A stretch of 64,000 nt of DNA. It comes from Candidatus Omnitrophota bacterium. GTDB taxonomy: Bacteria; Omnitrophota; Gorgyraeia; Gygaellales; JBFMHM01. The notes under the pieces were generated by a model that did no database searches, was not told the origin of the DNA, and saw only the letters and a program-made list of their open reading frames with translations. Both the position numbers and the translations under genes were made by a program. Location of the stretch: contig JBFMHM010000005.1 in the NCBI GenBank assembly GCA_040753015.1, positions 14,730 through 78,729 of the forward strand, given 5' to 3'. Of the stretch, positions 55,807 to 64,000 are shown one piece after another; the stretch's first letter is position 1, and every line of letters starts with the position of its first letter.

Positions 55807-56631
55807 TTATCCCTCCCAAATCAACTCTTTTATATCAAATACCGGGCCGTCGTGACAAATACGTTTTTGCCCTTTTGTTGTATTAATTACACAGGCAAGG
55901 CACGCACCAATACCACAGCCCATACCCTCATCTAAAGAAACTTGGCAATTAAGATTATTTACAGCAGCTATTTTCTGCAATGATTTAAGCATCGCATCTG
56001 GGCCACAGGCATAAATTCGATTGGCCGGTAAAAATTCTTTTAATAAATCTGTAACGCGGCCTTTAAACCCAAGGGTTCCATCGTCGGTAGCAATTCTTAC
56101 GTCGCAGCCTAAATTTTTAAACTCTTTCATACACAATACTTCATTTTTAGTTTTTGCCCCGATTAACACTATTGGCGTTTGTTTCATCTTTTGCGCCAAG
56201 AATACAAGCGGCGCAACACCAATCCCACCTGCGATTAGAATTGGTAATTGGTTATTGGGATTTGCTTTGTCATTGGTAATTTCCGCCTGAGGCGGATCAG
56301 CCTTTGGCTGAGGTGATTGGTAATTAAATCCTTTTCCAAGCGGCCCAATTACATCTAAAATATCACCGCTTGAGCTTTCGGATAAAATTTTTGTCCCACG
56401 GCCAACAAGCTCATAAAGTATTTCGATCTTACCACCTAAAATACGATGGATGCTTAAAGGCCTCCTTAACAATGGATCAAAACTTGAATTAATCTTTATA
56501 TGTAAAAATTGCCCCGGCTGGGCTAGCTTTGCGATAACAGAAGAATCTAAAATAAGTTTATAATAATTATTACAAACCCTAGTATTATCGATGATTTTTA
56601 TTTTTTTGTTTATTATATTATGTGAGTGCAT
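55807..56631 (-). CDS. pyrK: Dihydroorotate dehydrogenase electron-transfer subunit PyrK, carrying an in-frame low-complexity insertion
   Basis: FAD/NAD-binding fold. C-terminal 2Fe-2S Cys cluster CGIGACLACV...C. Extra segment SPQPKADPPQAEITNDKANPNNQ encoded by the palindromic repeat at 56292-56311 plus ATTGG repeats. Confidence 0.8.
   Translation of the reverse strand: MHSHNIINKKIKIIDNTRVCNNYYKLILDSSVIAKLAQPGQFLHIKINSSFDPLLRRPLSIHRILGGKIEILYELVGRGTKILSESSSGDILDVIGPLGKGFNYQSPQPKADPPQAEITNDKANPNNQLPILIAGGIGVAPLVFLAQKMKQTPIVLIGAKTKNEVLCMKEFKNLGCDVRIATDDGTLGFKGRVTDLLKEFLPANRIYACGPDAMLKSLQKIAAVNNLNCQVSLDEGMGCGIGACLACVINTTKGQKRICHDGPVFDIKELIWEG
56292..56311. repeat. Small palindromic dispersed repeat, copy B (gcggatcagcctttggctga), inside the pyrK coding sequence
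   Basis: Same 20-nt core as 37015-37034 and 58666-58685. Flanked by attggtaatt direct repeats at 56272-56281 and 56316-56325. Confidence 0.75.
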
Positions 56632-57181
56632 AAATTTTAAGGCCTACAAGGCTAATGACGATTGGAACAAATGAAGATATCTCCTTCTTCACCCAGATTA
56701 ATTTCAAGGGTAAATAGTTTTTTATATTGTGGCTGATAATATAATTCATTCTAGGAAATATTCTCGGCGTATTTTTTTTATAATCTTCATATTCTCTGTC
56801 AAATTTTTCAATAAGGATTTTTTCTTCTTGTTTTATAAGTGTTAGATAACGAATGGTAAAAAAGGCTAAGAAGGCAAAAAATACCCAAAATTTAAATAAA
56901 AACAGCACAATCCCTGCCCCCATTAAAAGAATACCTAGATACATAGGATTTCTAACTAACGAGTATGGGCCATCTTTTATTAATTCATGGCCTCCTCTGG
57001 AATATTCTGCCTTATACCCACGCGATGAAATTCTAATTAATTGCCCTAATAACAAAAGCGATACCCCAAGAATTTCTAAAAAACCTATGTCGCTTGCCCT
57101 TAAGAATATACTTTTAAAAATTATTATTAATGCAATACATAAGAATATTATTGTACCGTTAATTTTAATTCGATTTTTCAC
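56618..57181 (-). CDS. Isoprenylcysteine carboxyl methyltransferase (ICMT/phospholipid methyltransferase)-family membrane protein
   Basis: VRNPMYLGILLMGAGI motif and multiple TM helices. Confidence 0.5.
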   Translation of the reverse strand: MKNRIKINGTIIFLCIALIIIFKSIFLRASDIGFLEILGVSLLLLGQLIRISSRGYKAEYSRGGHELIKDGPYSLVRNPMYLGILLMGAGIVLFLFKFWVFFAFLAFFTIRYLTLIKQEEKILIEKFDREYEDYKKNTPRIFPRMNYIISHNIKNYLPLKLIWVKKEISSFVPIVISLVGLKIYALT

Positions 57182-57189
57182 TATAATAC

Positions 57190-57720
57190 CTATGACTGCG
57201 ATTGCCTCATTTTAACCAGATTATCAATCTCTTGGTTAGTTTCTTGAACAATTTTATCTCCTTCTGCATCGAGCCGCTTCTGAACAGCTTCATTTGTAAG
57301 CGTCGAAGGATCAAGTTTTTTAATTAATAACTCAAGCGCTTCAATATTGAGTTGATGATATTTTTTAAGAGAATCAGGAGGGTTTAATGTATTCAGGTTT
57401 GAAATCAGGCCCTGAATGTCCATTTTTAATTTTGCAAACATTGCGTCTACGTTTATCTTACTCTTATTCCCATTTGCCGCATCCTGGACTACCGAATCTA
57501 AATAATTTTCTAAATCTTTATTATTAACCATAAACTCTTCCATCTTTATCTGGGCTAGCATAAAATAATTATTTTCCTCGGAAGTAAGATATTGCTTAAT
57601 ATCTTCCATCATGTAAGCATCTTTAGGCTTATCTTCATTGTTTAAATCCTGAGCTTGCGCATAAATATTAAAAACTAATAATGAAACCATCAAACTTATA
57701 AATACTATTTTTTTAAACAT
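57190..57720 (-). CDS. Hypothetical secreted protein
   Basis: Signal peptide MFKKIVFISLMVSLLVFNIYAQA. No recognisable motifs. Confidence 0.4.
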   Translation of the reverse strand: MFKKIVFISLMVSLLVFNIYAQAQDLNNEDKPKDAYMMEDIKQYLTSEENNYFMLAQIKMEEFMVNNKDLENYLDSVVQDAANGNKSKINVDAMFAKLKMDIQGLISNLNTLNPPDSLKKYHQLNIEALELLIKKLDPSTLTNEAVQKRLDAEGDKIVQETNQEIDNLVKMRQSQS

Positions 57721-57757
57721 TTTTCTCCTCTCTGCAATTTTTGCGTTTTAGCGGTTA

Positions 57758-58558
57758 CTACTTTTGGCATCTAGGGCAAAAATATGTCCCTCTTCCCCCA
57801 AGAGAAATTCTTTGTATGGGTGTTTTACAAATTAAACATGGTTTTTTATACCTGTCATAAACTTTATGATATTGAACATAATTCCCTGGTTTTCCGCTTA
57901 GTTTCACATATTGATCAACTGACGAACCTCCGTGCTTTATCGCTTCAGACAGCACCACTTTTATTTCTTTAAATAAAACCTCCTTTTCTTTCTCTGATAA
58001 ACTTATTGCCTGTCTTGCAGGGTGAATTTTTGCACCAAACAATGCCTCAGCAGCATAAAGATTACCTATGCCAGAAACCAATTTTTGATCCATTAACAAA
58101 GGCTTAATTTTCGTTTTTCTATTATCTATTATTTCTTTAAATTGGCCTGTCGTTAAATCAAAAGGTTCTGGCCCAAGCTCTTTAACAAATTTTAAATTGT
58201 GCCAATCATCAATTAATCTCAATTCACCTAAAAGACGCGAATCATTGAAATCAAGCAATTTACCATCAGACAGCCTAAAACTAACACGGGATTTTATTAA
58301 ATTTCCCGGATAAACTAATTGGCCAGTCATCCTTAAATGAATTGCTAAACACTTGCCACTAGATAGCTCTAAAATTAAGAGTTTCCCGCGGCGAATAATA
58401 TTGTTTATTTTAACATTCTTTAAATACTTTACAAAATCTTCTTTTTTGGGCTGCTTGATAACCTTGGAATTATTTATAATAATATCCGTTATTTTTTTGC
58501 CCAAAATACTAGCTTCCAGCCCCTTTTTAATCGTTTCGACTTCTGGTAATTCTGGCAT
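57758..58558 (-). CDS. mutM: Formamidopyrimidine-DNA glycosylase (Fpg/MutM)
   Basis: Start assigned to MPELPEVETI (catalytic Pro2). The ORF-track extension to 58603 lacks support. C-terminal zinc finger CLICKTPIQRISLGGRGTYFCPRCQ. Confidence 0.8.
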   Translation of the reverse strand: MPELPEVETIKKGLEASILGKKITDIIINNSKVIKQPKKEDFVKYLKNVKINNIIRRGKLLILELSSGKCLAIHLRMTGQLVYPGNLIKSRVSFRLSDGKLLDFNDSRLLGELRLIDDWHNLKFVKELGPEPFDLTTGQFKEIIDNRKTKIKPLLMDQKLVSGIGNLYAAEALFGAKIHPARQAISLSEKEKEVLFKEIKVVLSEAIKHGGSSVDQYVKLSGKPGNYVQYHKVYDRYKKPCLICKTPIQRISLGGRGTYFCPRCQK

Positions 58559-58574
58559 AATCTTCCTTTTTTTA

Positions 58575-58646
58575 TGCGCCTGGCTGGAGTCGAACCAGCA
58601 CACCTGGCTCCGGAGGCCAGTGCCCTATCCATTGGGCGACAGGCGC
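58575..58646 (-). tRNA. tRNA-Arg (anticodon CCG)
   Basis: Manual cloverleaf: acceptor GCGCCTG/CAGGCGC, D arm GCCC-AATGGATA-GGGC, anticodon stem CTGGC/GCCAG with loop CTCCGGA, T arm GCTGG-TTCGACT-CCAGC, discriminator A. Confidence 0.8.
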
Positions 58647-58665
58647 GTAAAAATTTCCGCCAAAT

Positions 58666-58685
58666 GCGGATCAGCCTCTGGCTGA
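58666..58685. repeat. Small palindromic dispersed repeat, copy C (gcggatcagcctctggctga)
   Basis: Same 20-nt core as copies A and B. Lies between tRNA-Arg and the PHP nuclease gene. Confidence 0.75.
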
Positions 58686-58696
58686 AAAATTTTCCA

Positions 58697-59944
58697 TTAA
58701 AATAAATTTAGTTGTTCTTCTTTATTTGTTTTATTTTTTAATTTCTCTTGAATAAGGACTTGTATCTTGCCATATTCTCCGTCGTAACCTGGTTGTAGTT
58801 TAACAAGGCCAGCTCGTACAGCAATTATTGCTTTAGCTTGTTTTTCTGGTAAATTTTCTATTAAGTCTTCTTCACTTGCTTTAAGCAAGCAATTAAATTC
58901 TGTATGAAATTTTGCAATCGTATTGAAATATTCTTTTTCAACTGTTTTCGATTGCGGCGCAACATCTAAAACATCAGCAATAATTTCTTCTAAAGGAATT
59001 AAGTTTTTATAAGGAATAGAATTGTGGGGTATAAATCCTTCTGGCCTATCAGCAAGTTGATCCACTCTATTCATTACGCCAATTGTTAAAAGCCTCCCAC
59101 ACTTTGGGCAGATATTTTTGTGTTTTTTTGCCTCTTGCGGCGAAAAACACACTCCGCAATTTCTATGCCCATCAAAATGATATTTCCCTTCTTCAGGAAA
59201 AAATTCAATTGTATATAAGAAGCGTTTTTTATCCTTTGTTTTAAGCACATCCCTGATTGTCTTATAATTAAGTTCGCAGTCAAAGACATTTGCCTCACGG
59301 CCAATTTTTGCCGGGCTATGCGAATCAGAATTGCTGATTAGGGTGATCTTATCTAAAGCTGAAAGCCGCCAATTCATTTGCGGGTCGCTGCTAAGCCCCG
59401 TCTCGATAGAAAATATTTTTGGTGTCAGCTCTTCAAAACAATCTTCTAGCCTATCAAATCCTGACATTGAACCAAATACACTAAACCAAGGCGTCCAGGC
59501 ATGGCCGGGTATAACCATACAATTTTCATCGATATCAAAAACTAGCTTTGCTAGATTTTTTGCATCCATGCCAATTATCGGACGGCCATCACTAGTTAAA
59601 TTTGCGCCATATCTAATTAAGGCCTGGTTTATTTTTTCAACTATCTTAAAGCTAGGTGCAAAAATAATATTGTGAATTCGATAGGTTTTCCCGCGCTTGG
59701 AATAAATTGAGCTAATTTCAGCAGTTAGAATAAAATTTACGTTATTATAGGTAAACAGGCCATTATCCAGCGGCTCTAATTTTGATTTTAACTCTTGTAG
59801 CCAGAGATGGTGCGTAAAATCACCTGTGCCGATTAGTTGGATGCCTTTGATATTTGCCCATTTGGCAATATTTTCAATATCCATATCGCGGCTGGTTGCC
59901 CGCGAATATTTTGAGTGTATATGAAAATCAGCTATAAATTCCAT
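58697..59944 (-). CDS. PHP-domain protein of the endonuclease Q-like (TIGR00375) family, with a Cys4 zinc finger
   Basis: N-terminal ADFHIHSKYS PHP motif, further His/Asp metal ligands, CGVCF...CPKCG zinc-finger. Confidence 0.55.
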   Translation of the reverse strand: MEFIADFHIHSKYSRATSRDMDIENIAKWANIKGIQLIGTGDFTHHLWLQELKSKLEPLDNGLFTYNNVNFILTAEISSIYSKRGKTYRIHNIIFAPSFKIVEKINQALIRYGANLTSDGRPIIGMDAKNLAKLVFDIDENCMVIPGHAWTPWFSVFGSMSGFDRLEDCFEELTPKIFSIETGLSSDPQMNWRLSALDKITLISNSDSHSPAKIGREANVFDCELNYKTIRDVLKTKDKKRFLYTIEFFPEEGKYHFDGHRNCGVCFSPQEAKKHKNICPKCGRLLTIGVMNRVDQLADRPEGFIPHNSIPYKNLIPLEEIIADVLDVAPQSKTVEKEYFNTIAKFHTEFNCLLKASEEDLIENLPEKQAKAIIAVRAGLVKLQPGYDGEYGKIQVLIQEKLKNKTNKEEQLNLF

Positions 59945-61233
59945 TGATAAGCAACTTTTCCGTGATAGATAGTATAAATAACCGCACCTTTTACCTTTCT
60001 ACCGATAAAAGGCGAGTTTTTAGATTTTGAAACAATTTTTTCTTTAGCCAGAATAAATTCTTTATCTGCATCAATAATAACTATATCTGCGTTACTGCCA
60101 ACGCTCAAACTACCTGCCTCTATTCCTAAAATATTTGCTGGGTTTACAGCTATTTTATTAACTAACTCTAGCCAAGACAATATTTTCTTATCAATTAATT
60201 CCATAATACTTACTGCCAAACCAGACTCAAGCCCAATTTTTCCAAATTCTGCGCGGTCAAACTCAATATCTTTCTCATTTTCCGTGTGCGGTGCGTGATC
60301 AGAAGCAATTGTATCGATTATCCCATCTTTTAGGCCTTGTTTTATTGCGCTAATATCGTCTTTAGTGCGCAGCGGCGGATTTATTTTCATATTTGTGTCA
60401 TAATCAATAATATCGTCTTCGGATAAGGCAAAATAATGCGGAGCAGTTTCACAAGTACATCTTACGCCTGCTTTTTTTGCTTTTCTTATAACATCAACTG
60501 ATTCTGCGCAGCTAACATGGGCAATATGAATTGCTGTATTAGTTTTTTTAGCTAATTCGATATTGCGTTTCACGCGCAAAAATTCACTTTCTTTTGATAT
60601 GCCGCGTAAGCCTAAGCGTGTTGCAACAATACCGCGGTTAACTACGCCATTTCTCGATAAACTTTTGTCTTCGCAGTGGGAGATTAAAATGATTTTATTT
60701 TTCTTTGCCAACTTTAGTGCCTGTAAAAATAAATTTTCATCGTCAACATCTGAACCATCATCAGAAATTGCAACAACTCCTGCCTCTGCAAACCTCTTTA
60801 TATCAACTAACTCTTGGCCCTGGCGGTTTTTTGTAATCGCGCCACAAATATAAACATCGCACCCTGCATCCTTTTTAATAATATTTTTTAAAAGCTTGAT
60901 ACTTTCTAAAGAATCTATGGCTGGGGTAGTATTAGGCATACTCACAACACCAGTTACTCCGCCTTTTAATGCAGCAAGTGTACCAGTATAAACGGTTTCT
61001 TTGTCTTCACGCCCCGGCTCTCGTAAATGCACATGCATATCAACTGCACCTGGAGCAACGATTAAACCGCTAGCATTAATTTCTTTATCAGCTTTGATTT
61101 TTATATCTTTTGCAACCTTAGATATTTTTTCTCCATCAATTAAAATATCTAATACTTCGTCAATATTATTCGCCGGGTCAACTACACGTCCATTCTTTAT
61201 TAATAGTTTCATATTAAATTTCCAATTCACCAA
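59932..61233 (-). CDS. pyrC: Dihydroorotase (multimeric type)
   Basis: DMHVHLREPG metal-binding motif and the amidohydrolase family pattern. Confidence 0.85.
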   Translation of the reverse strand: MVNWKFNMKLLIKNGRVVDPANNIDEVLDILIDGEKISKVAKDIKIKADKEINASGLIVAPGAVDMHVHLREPGREDKETVYTGTLAALKGGVTGVVSMPNTTPAIDSLESIKLLKNIIKKDAGCDVYICGAITKNRQGQELVDIKRFAEAGVVAISDDGSDVDDENLFLQALKLAKKNKIILISHCEDKSLSRNGVVNRGIVATRLGLRGISKESEFLRVKRNIELAKKTNTAIHIAHVSCAESVDVIRKAKKAGVRCTCETAPHYFALSEDDIIDYDTNMKINPPLRTKDDISAIKQGLKDGIIDTIASDHAPHTENEKDIEFDRAEFGKIGLESGLAVSIMELIDKKILSWLELVNKIAVNPANILGIEAGSLSVGSNADIVIIDADKEFILAKEKIVSKSKNSPFIGRKVKGAVIYTIYHGKVAYQWNL

Positions 61234-61332
61234 TTACCCAAGCCCAAATAAATGTCCAATTATCCAATTTCAATATTTTTGGACAATTGGTTATTGGGAT
61301 TTTATTTGACATTGGGATTTGGTCATTTGTCA

Positions 61333-62259
61333 TTATTTTTCTCTTCCTTGAGACACTAAAAAAAGTACTGCCATTCTAACAGCAATGCCATTTGTAACCT
61401 GTTCCAAAATTACAGAATTTTTCCCATCAGCTATTTCGCTTGAAATTTCAATGCCTCTATTTAAAGGCCCGGGATGCATTACAATAATATCTTTCTTTGC
61501 TTTTTCTAACCTTTCTTTTGTAATGCCGTAATTTTTAAAATATTCCATTTGCTTGGGAAACGCCCCCTCCCCATCGCGCTCAAATTGCATGCGCAGGGCA
61601 TTTACAGCATCAGCATTTTTAAGCGATTTCTCAAGGTCATGCGAAACTTTAACACCAAGCTCTTCAATTGCCGGAGGGATTAACATCTCTGGAGCGCACA
61701 CTGTAACATTTGCGCCCAGCTTGGTTAGGCCCCAAATATTTGAACGGGCAACCCGTGAATGAGCAATATCGCCGACAATTGTTACATTTAGCCCAGAAAT
61801 CTTTCCTAATTTTTCTTTTAAAGTAAAAATATCAAGCAAAGCTTGTGTAGGATGCTCGTGCCAACCATCGCCAGCATTTACCACGCTAATTTTTAGATGC
61901 TTAGCCAAGAGTACTGGCGCACCAGAATAATTGTGACGCATAACAATGATATCAGCATTAAGTGCTTGAATATTTAGGCCGGTATCAATTAAGGTTTCGC
62001 CTTTTTTAACAGACGACGTTTCTGTTTCAATATTAATCACATCTGCAGAAAGGCGTTTTGCGGCAATTTCAAATGATACTCGCGTGCGCGTTGAAGGCTC
62101 ATAAAATAAATTTACAACTGTTTTTCCCCTAAGTGCCGGAACCTTCTTAATTTCTCTGGTTGTAACTTCTTTGAAGGATTCCGCTGTTGTAAGAATCAAT
62201 TCAATTTCTTCTTTGGTTAAATTTTCCAGCCCCAACAAATCTTTTTTTGTCCAAATCAT
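61333..62259 (-). CDS. pyrB: Aspartate carbamoyltransferase catalytic subunit
   Basis: STRTR carbamoyl-phosphate motif. HPTQAL and HPGP motifs. Confidence 0.9.
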   Translation of the reverse strand: MIWTKKDLLGLENLTKEEIELILTTAESFKEVTTREIKKVPALRGKTVVNLFYEPSTRTRVSFEIAAKRLSADVINIETETSSVKKGETLIDTGLNIQALNADIIVMRHNYSGAPVLLAKHLKISVVNAGDGWHEHPTQALLDIFTLKEKLGKISGLNVTIVGDIAHSRVARSNIWGLTKLGANVTVCAPEMLIPPAIEELGVKVSHDLEKSLKNADAVNALRMQFERDGEGAFPKQMEYFKNYGITKERLEKAKKDIIVMHPGPLNRGIEISSEIADGKNSVILEQVTNGIAVRMAVLFLVSQGREK

Positions 62260-62792
62260 TTTTCTGTTATCACCACTTCGTCTTTACCATCAATTTCTGC
62301 TAAGCGTACTTCAACATTTTCTTTAAGTGAGGTTGGAATATTTTTTCCAACGAAATCTGCACGAATAGGAAGCTCTCGATGCCCTCGGTCAACTAAAACT
62401 GCAAGTTGAATTGACTTTGGACGGCCAAAGTCAATCAACTCATCCAACGCACACCTAATTGTCCGCCCAGTATAGAGAACATCATCAACTAAAATCACGG
62501 TTCTTTCGAAAATATCAAAATTGATCTCTGTTTTTTGTACAACTGGCTGGGCTGAAACTAGACTTAAATCATCGCGGTACAAAGTTATGTCTAGGCTGCC
62601 TATTTGCGGCCGAAGCCCTTTGATATTTTTTATGCAGTCTGCCAAACGGTTTGCTAAGTGCACACCTCTTCGCTGAATACCGATAATCACTAAATCACTG
62701 CTGGTATTTTTCTCGAGTATTTCATGGGCAATCCGCATAAGAGATCTTTCAATTGCCTCTTTGTCTATTATTTTTGCTTTCTCTTGAAACAT
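62256..62792 (-). CDS. pyrR: Bifunctional pyrimidine operon regulator / uracil phosphoribosyltransferase PyrR
   Basis: PRTase motif [12 protein letters not shown]. Size and position upstream of pyrB. Confidence 0.85.
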   Translation of the reverse strand: MFQEKAKIIDKEAIERSLMRIAHEILEKNTSSDLVIIGIQRRGVHLANRLADCIKNIKGLRPQIGSLDITLYRDDLSLVSAQPVVQKTEINFDIFERTVILVDDVLYTGRTIRCALDELIDFGRPKSIQLAVLVDRGHRELPIRADFVGKNIPTSLKENVEVRLAEIDGKDEVVITEK

Positions 62793-62798
62793 AATTAA

Positions 62799-64000
62799 TT
62801 ATTCTTGAATTAGCTTATCTAAATCTGATAGACACGAATTAATATTTACAGCTAACGCACTGTTAGTCAGCGGCGTGTCTAAATCAACTAAAGAAATAAT
62901 TTTTCCGGGCTTAATGTTTAATTTAGAAAATATTTTCTTAAAGCTATCTACTGCCTTTGCCATATTTATTGTAGGGGTCTTAGTAAGTTTTATTTCAAAT
63001 GGAAAAATCTCTAAATTTTTTTCAATAATTAAATCTATTTCTAAATTATTAGGTGTCCTAAGATAAAATAAATTTGGCCTTACACCACGATTAAAAAATA
63101 ATTTAACCACTTCTTGAACAACAAAGTTTTCAAACAACGCGCCGCTCATCGGCCCGGAAAATAATTGCTCTTTATGCTTTATTGTAGTTAAATAACACAC
63201 TAACCCCGTGTCTAAGAAATACACTTTCGGGCTTTTGGTAATGCGCTTACCAAGATTAGAATAATATGGCGGTAAAATATAGATGAGCTGGCTTGCTTCT
63301 AATATAGAAAGCCATTTTTTAATTGTGTTGACGCTTATGCCTAAATCATTTGAAAAATTGCTCAGATTTAAAATTTGTGCTGTGCGCGCGGCTAAAAGAT
63401 ACAAAAATTGTTGAAATTCTCTTAAGCTCCTAACATTATAAACCGAGCGGATATCTCTTTCTAGATAAGTTTGGATATAGCTCCCATACCAATTAGAAGG
63501 ATCGATATTCTTATGAATAGCAATTTCCGGAAATGACCCTCGCAGGCAAGCATGAATAAAGCTTGTTCTAGTATCATTGATTTTATCTTTTAACAATGTT
63601 ATGGATTTTTTCTCTTCCAGGCTAAATGGCAATAGGTTAAATAAAACAATTCTTCCTGCGAGGCTGTCGCCTAAATTTTTAATTAACTGGAATTGTTGAG
63701 AGCCGGTAATAATAAATCGTCCATTTCGATGGCGATCTTGATCAATTAAAATTTTCAAATAAGAAAGAAGCTGCGGCACATACTGAATTTCATCAAAAAT
63801 TATATGCTCTCCGGCATTTTCAATAAATAACTTCGGATCATTGATTGCCTTCTCCCGCGTTAATGGATCATCAAAAGAAATAATTGAATGGGTTCTGCCA
63901 AATATATTTTTAAGTAAGGTTGACTTCCCTGACTGTCTAGGGCCGCATAATGCCAAAGAGGGAAAATGCTTAATTTGTTTTTTTATGATTTCGGCTATTT
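62799..64000 (-). CDS. AAA+ ATPase with DUF4143 domain (second paralogue); N-terminus runs off the right edge of the window
   Basis: P-loop CGPRQSGKSTLL. The reading frame stays open to the window end (...KIAEIIKKQIKHFPSLALCGPRQSGKS). Confidence 0.65.
   Translation of the reverse strand, partial: IAEIIKKQIKHFPSLALCGPRQSGKSTLLKNIFGRTHSIISFDDPLTREKAINDPKLFIENAGEHIIFDEIQYVPQLLSYLKILIDQDRHRNGRFIITGSQQFQLIKNLGDSLAGRIVLFNLLPFSLEEKKSITLLKDKINDTRTSFIHACLRGSFPEIAIHKNIDPSNWYGSYIQTYLERDIRSVYNVRSLREFQQFLYLLAARTAQILNLSNFSNDLGISVNTIKKWLSILEASQLIYILPPYYSNLGKRITKSPKVYFLDTGLVCYLTTIKHKEQLFSGPMSGALFENFVVQEVVKLFFNRGVRPNLFYLRTPNNLEIDLIIEKNLEIFPFEIKLTKTPTINMAKAVDSFKKIFSKLNIKPGKIISLVDLDTPLTNSALAVNINSCLSDLDKLIQE

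Noticed and set aside
57758-58603. ORF-track N-terminal extension of MutM (MCWFDSSQAHKKRKI...)
   Set aside because: Fpg enzymes require Pro2 immediately after the initiator Met, and MPELPEVE is present. The extension would also run toward the tRNA-Arg gene, so the start was set at 58558.
62793-62798. PyrR-binding anti-terminator leader upstream of pyrR/pyrB
   Set aside because: Only 6 nt separate pyrR from the upstream gene, and pyrR overlaps pyrB. There is no room for the canonical PyrR attenuator here, and none of its conserved loop sequence was recognised.
1-64000. CRISPR arrays, rRNA genes, IS transposases and integrases
   Set aside because: I scanned for regularly spaced direct repeats, rRNA-like conserved stretches and DDE/tyrosine recombinase motifs and found none. 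The repeats present are the short palindromic and 35-bp elements reported above.

Overview
This is an AT-rich (roughly one-third GC by eye) bacterial chromosome segment. OMP-type beta-barrels and a V-type ATPase operon carrying a DUF2764 gene suggest a Gram-negative, possibly candidate-phylum-like lineage, but I cannot assign the lineage. Nearly all genes lie on the minus strand. From the left end the backbone runs: purH (partial), a P-loop-less YchF-like gene, and a cluster of kamA (lysine 2,3-aminomutase) with a Ddl-like ATP-grasp ligase, an HAD hydrolase and a PAC2-like gene. Next come an MFS transporter, a three-domain acyl-AMP ligase/carrier-protein/PlsC fusion, an M1 metallopeptidase fused to a beta-barrel, and an Nth-like glycosylase. 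A PilZ protein is coupled to a TPR/transglutaminase-like lipoprotein, followed by pabCB, a tRNA-binding protein, and a complete pstSCAB(B)-phoU locus with a tandem pstB pair. Further right are a TrkH gene with a KdpD-C-terminal-like/KdpE-like two-component pair, phoRB-like genes, purC and pckG. A tRNA-Asp/tRNA-Val locus carries a four-helix-bundle (IVS-type) gene and a GIY-YIG gene. Then comes a V-type ATPase operon (E-DUF2764-A-B ... D-I-K). The right end holds a pyrimidine cluster (pyrR-pyrB-pyrC ... pyrD-pyrK-pyrF) interrupted by an EndoQ-like PHP nuclease, tRNA-Arg, mutM and others. The most striking feature is a ~9.6 kb island (40039-49646) inserted exactly between V-ATPase subunits B and D. 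It carries an AbiEi/AbiEii pair, a 2089-aa protein I cannot assign to any family, an MntA/HepT toxin-antitoxin pair and a Fic protein. The giant protein has two signal-peptide/TM-like segments, an internally duplicated ~80-aa module, an HExxH motif and a degenerate GHKL-ATPase-like C-terminus. Its last ~25 codons are duplicated in diverged form on the far side of the MntA/HepT cassette. A small palindromic dispersed repeat (core gcggatcagcctNNggctga) occurs three times, once as an in-frame insertion inside pyrK. No CRISPR array, rRNA gene or classical IS transposase was seen.
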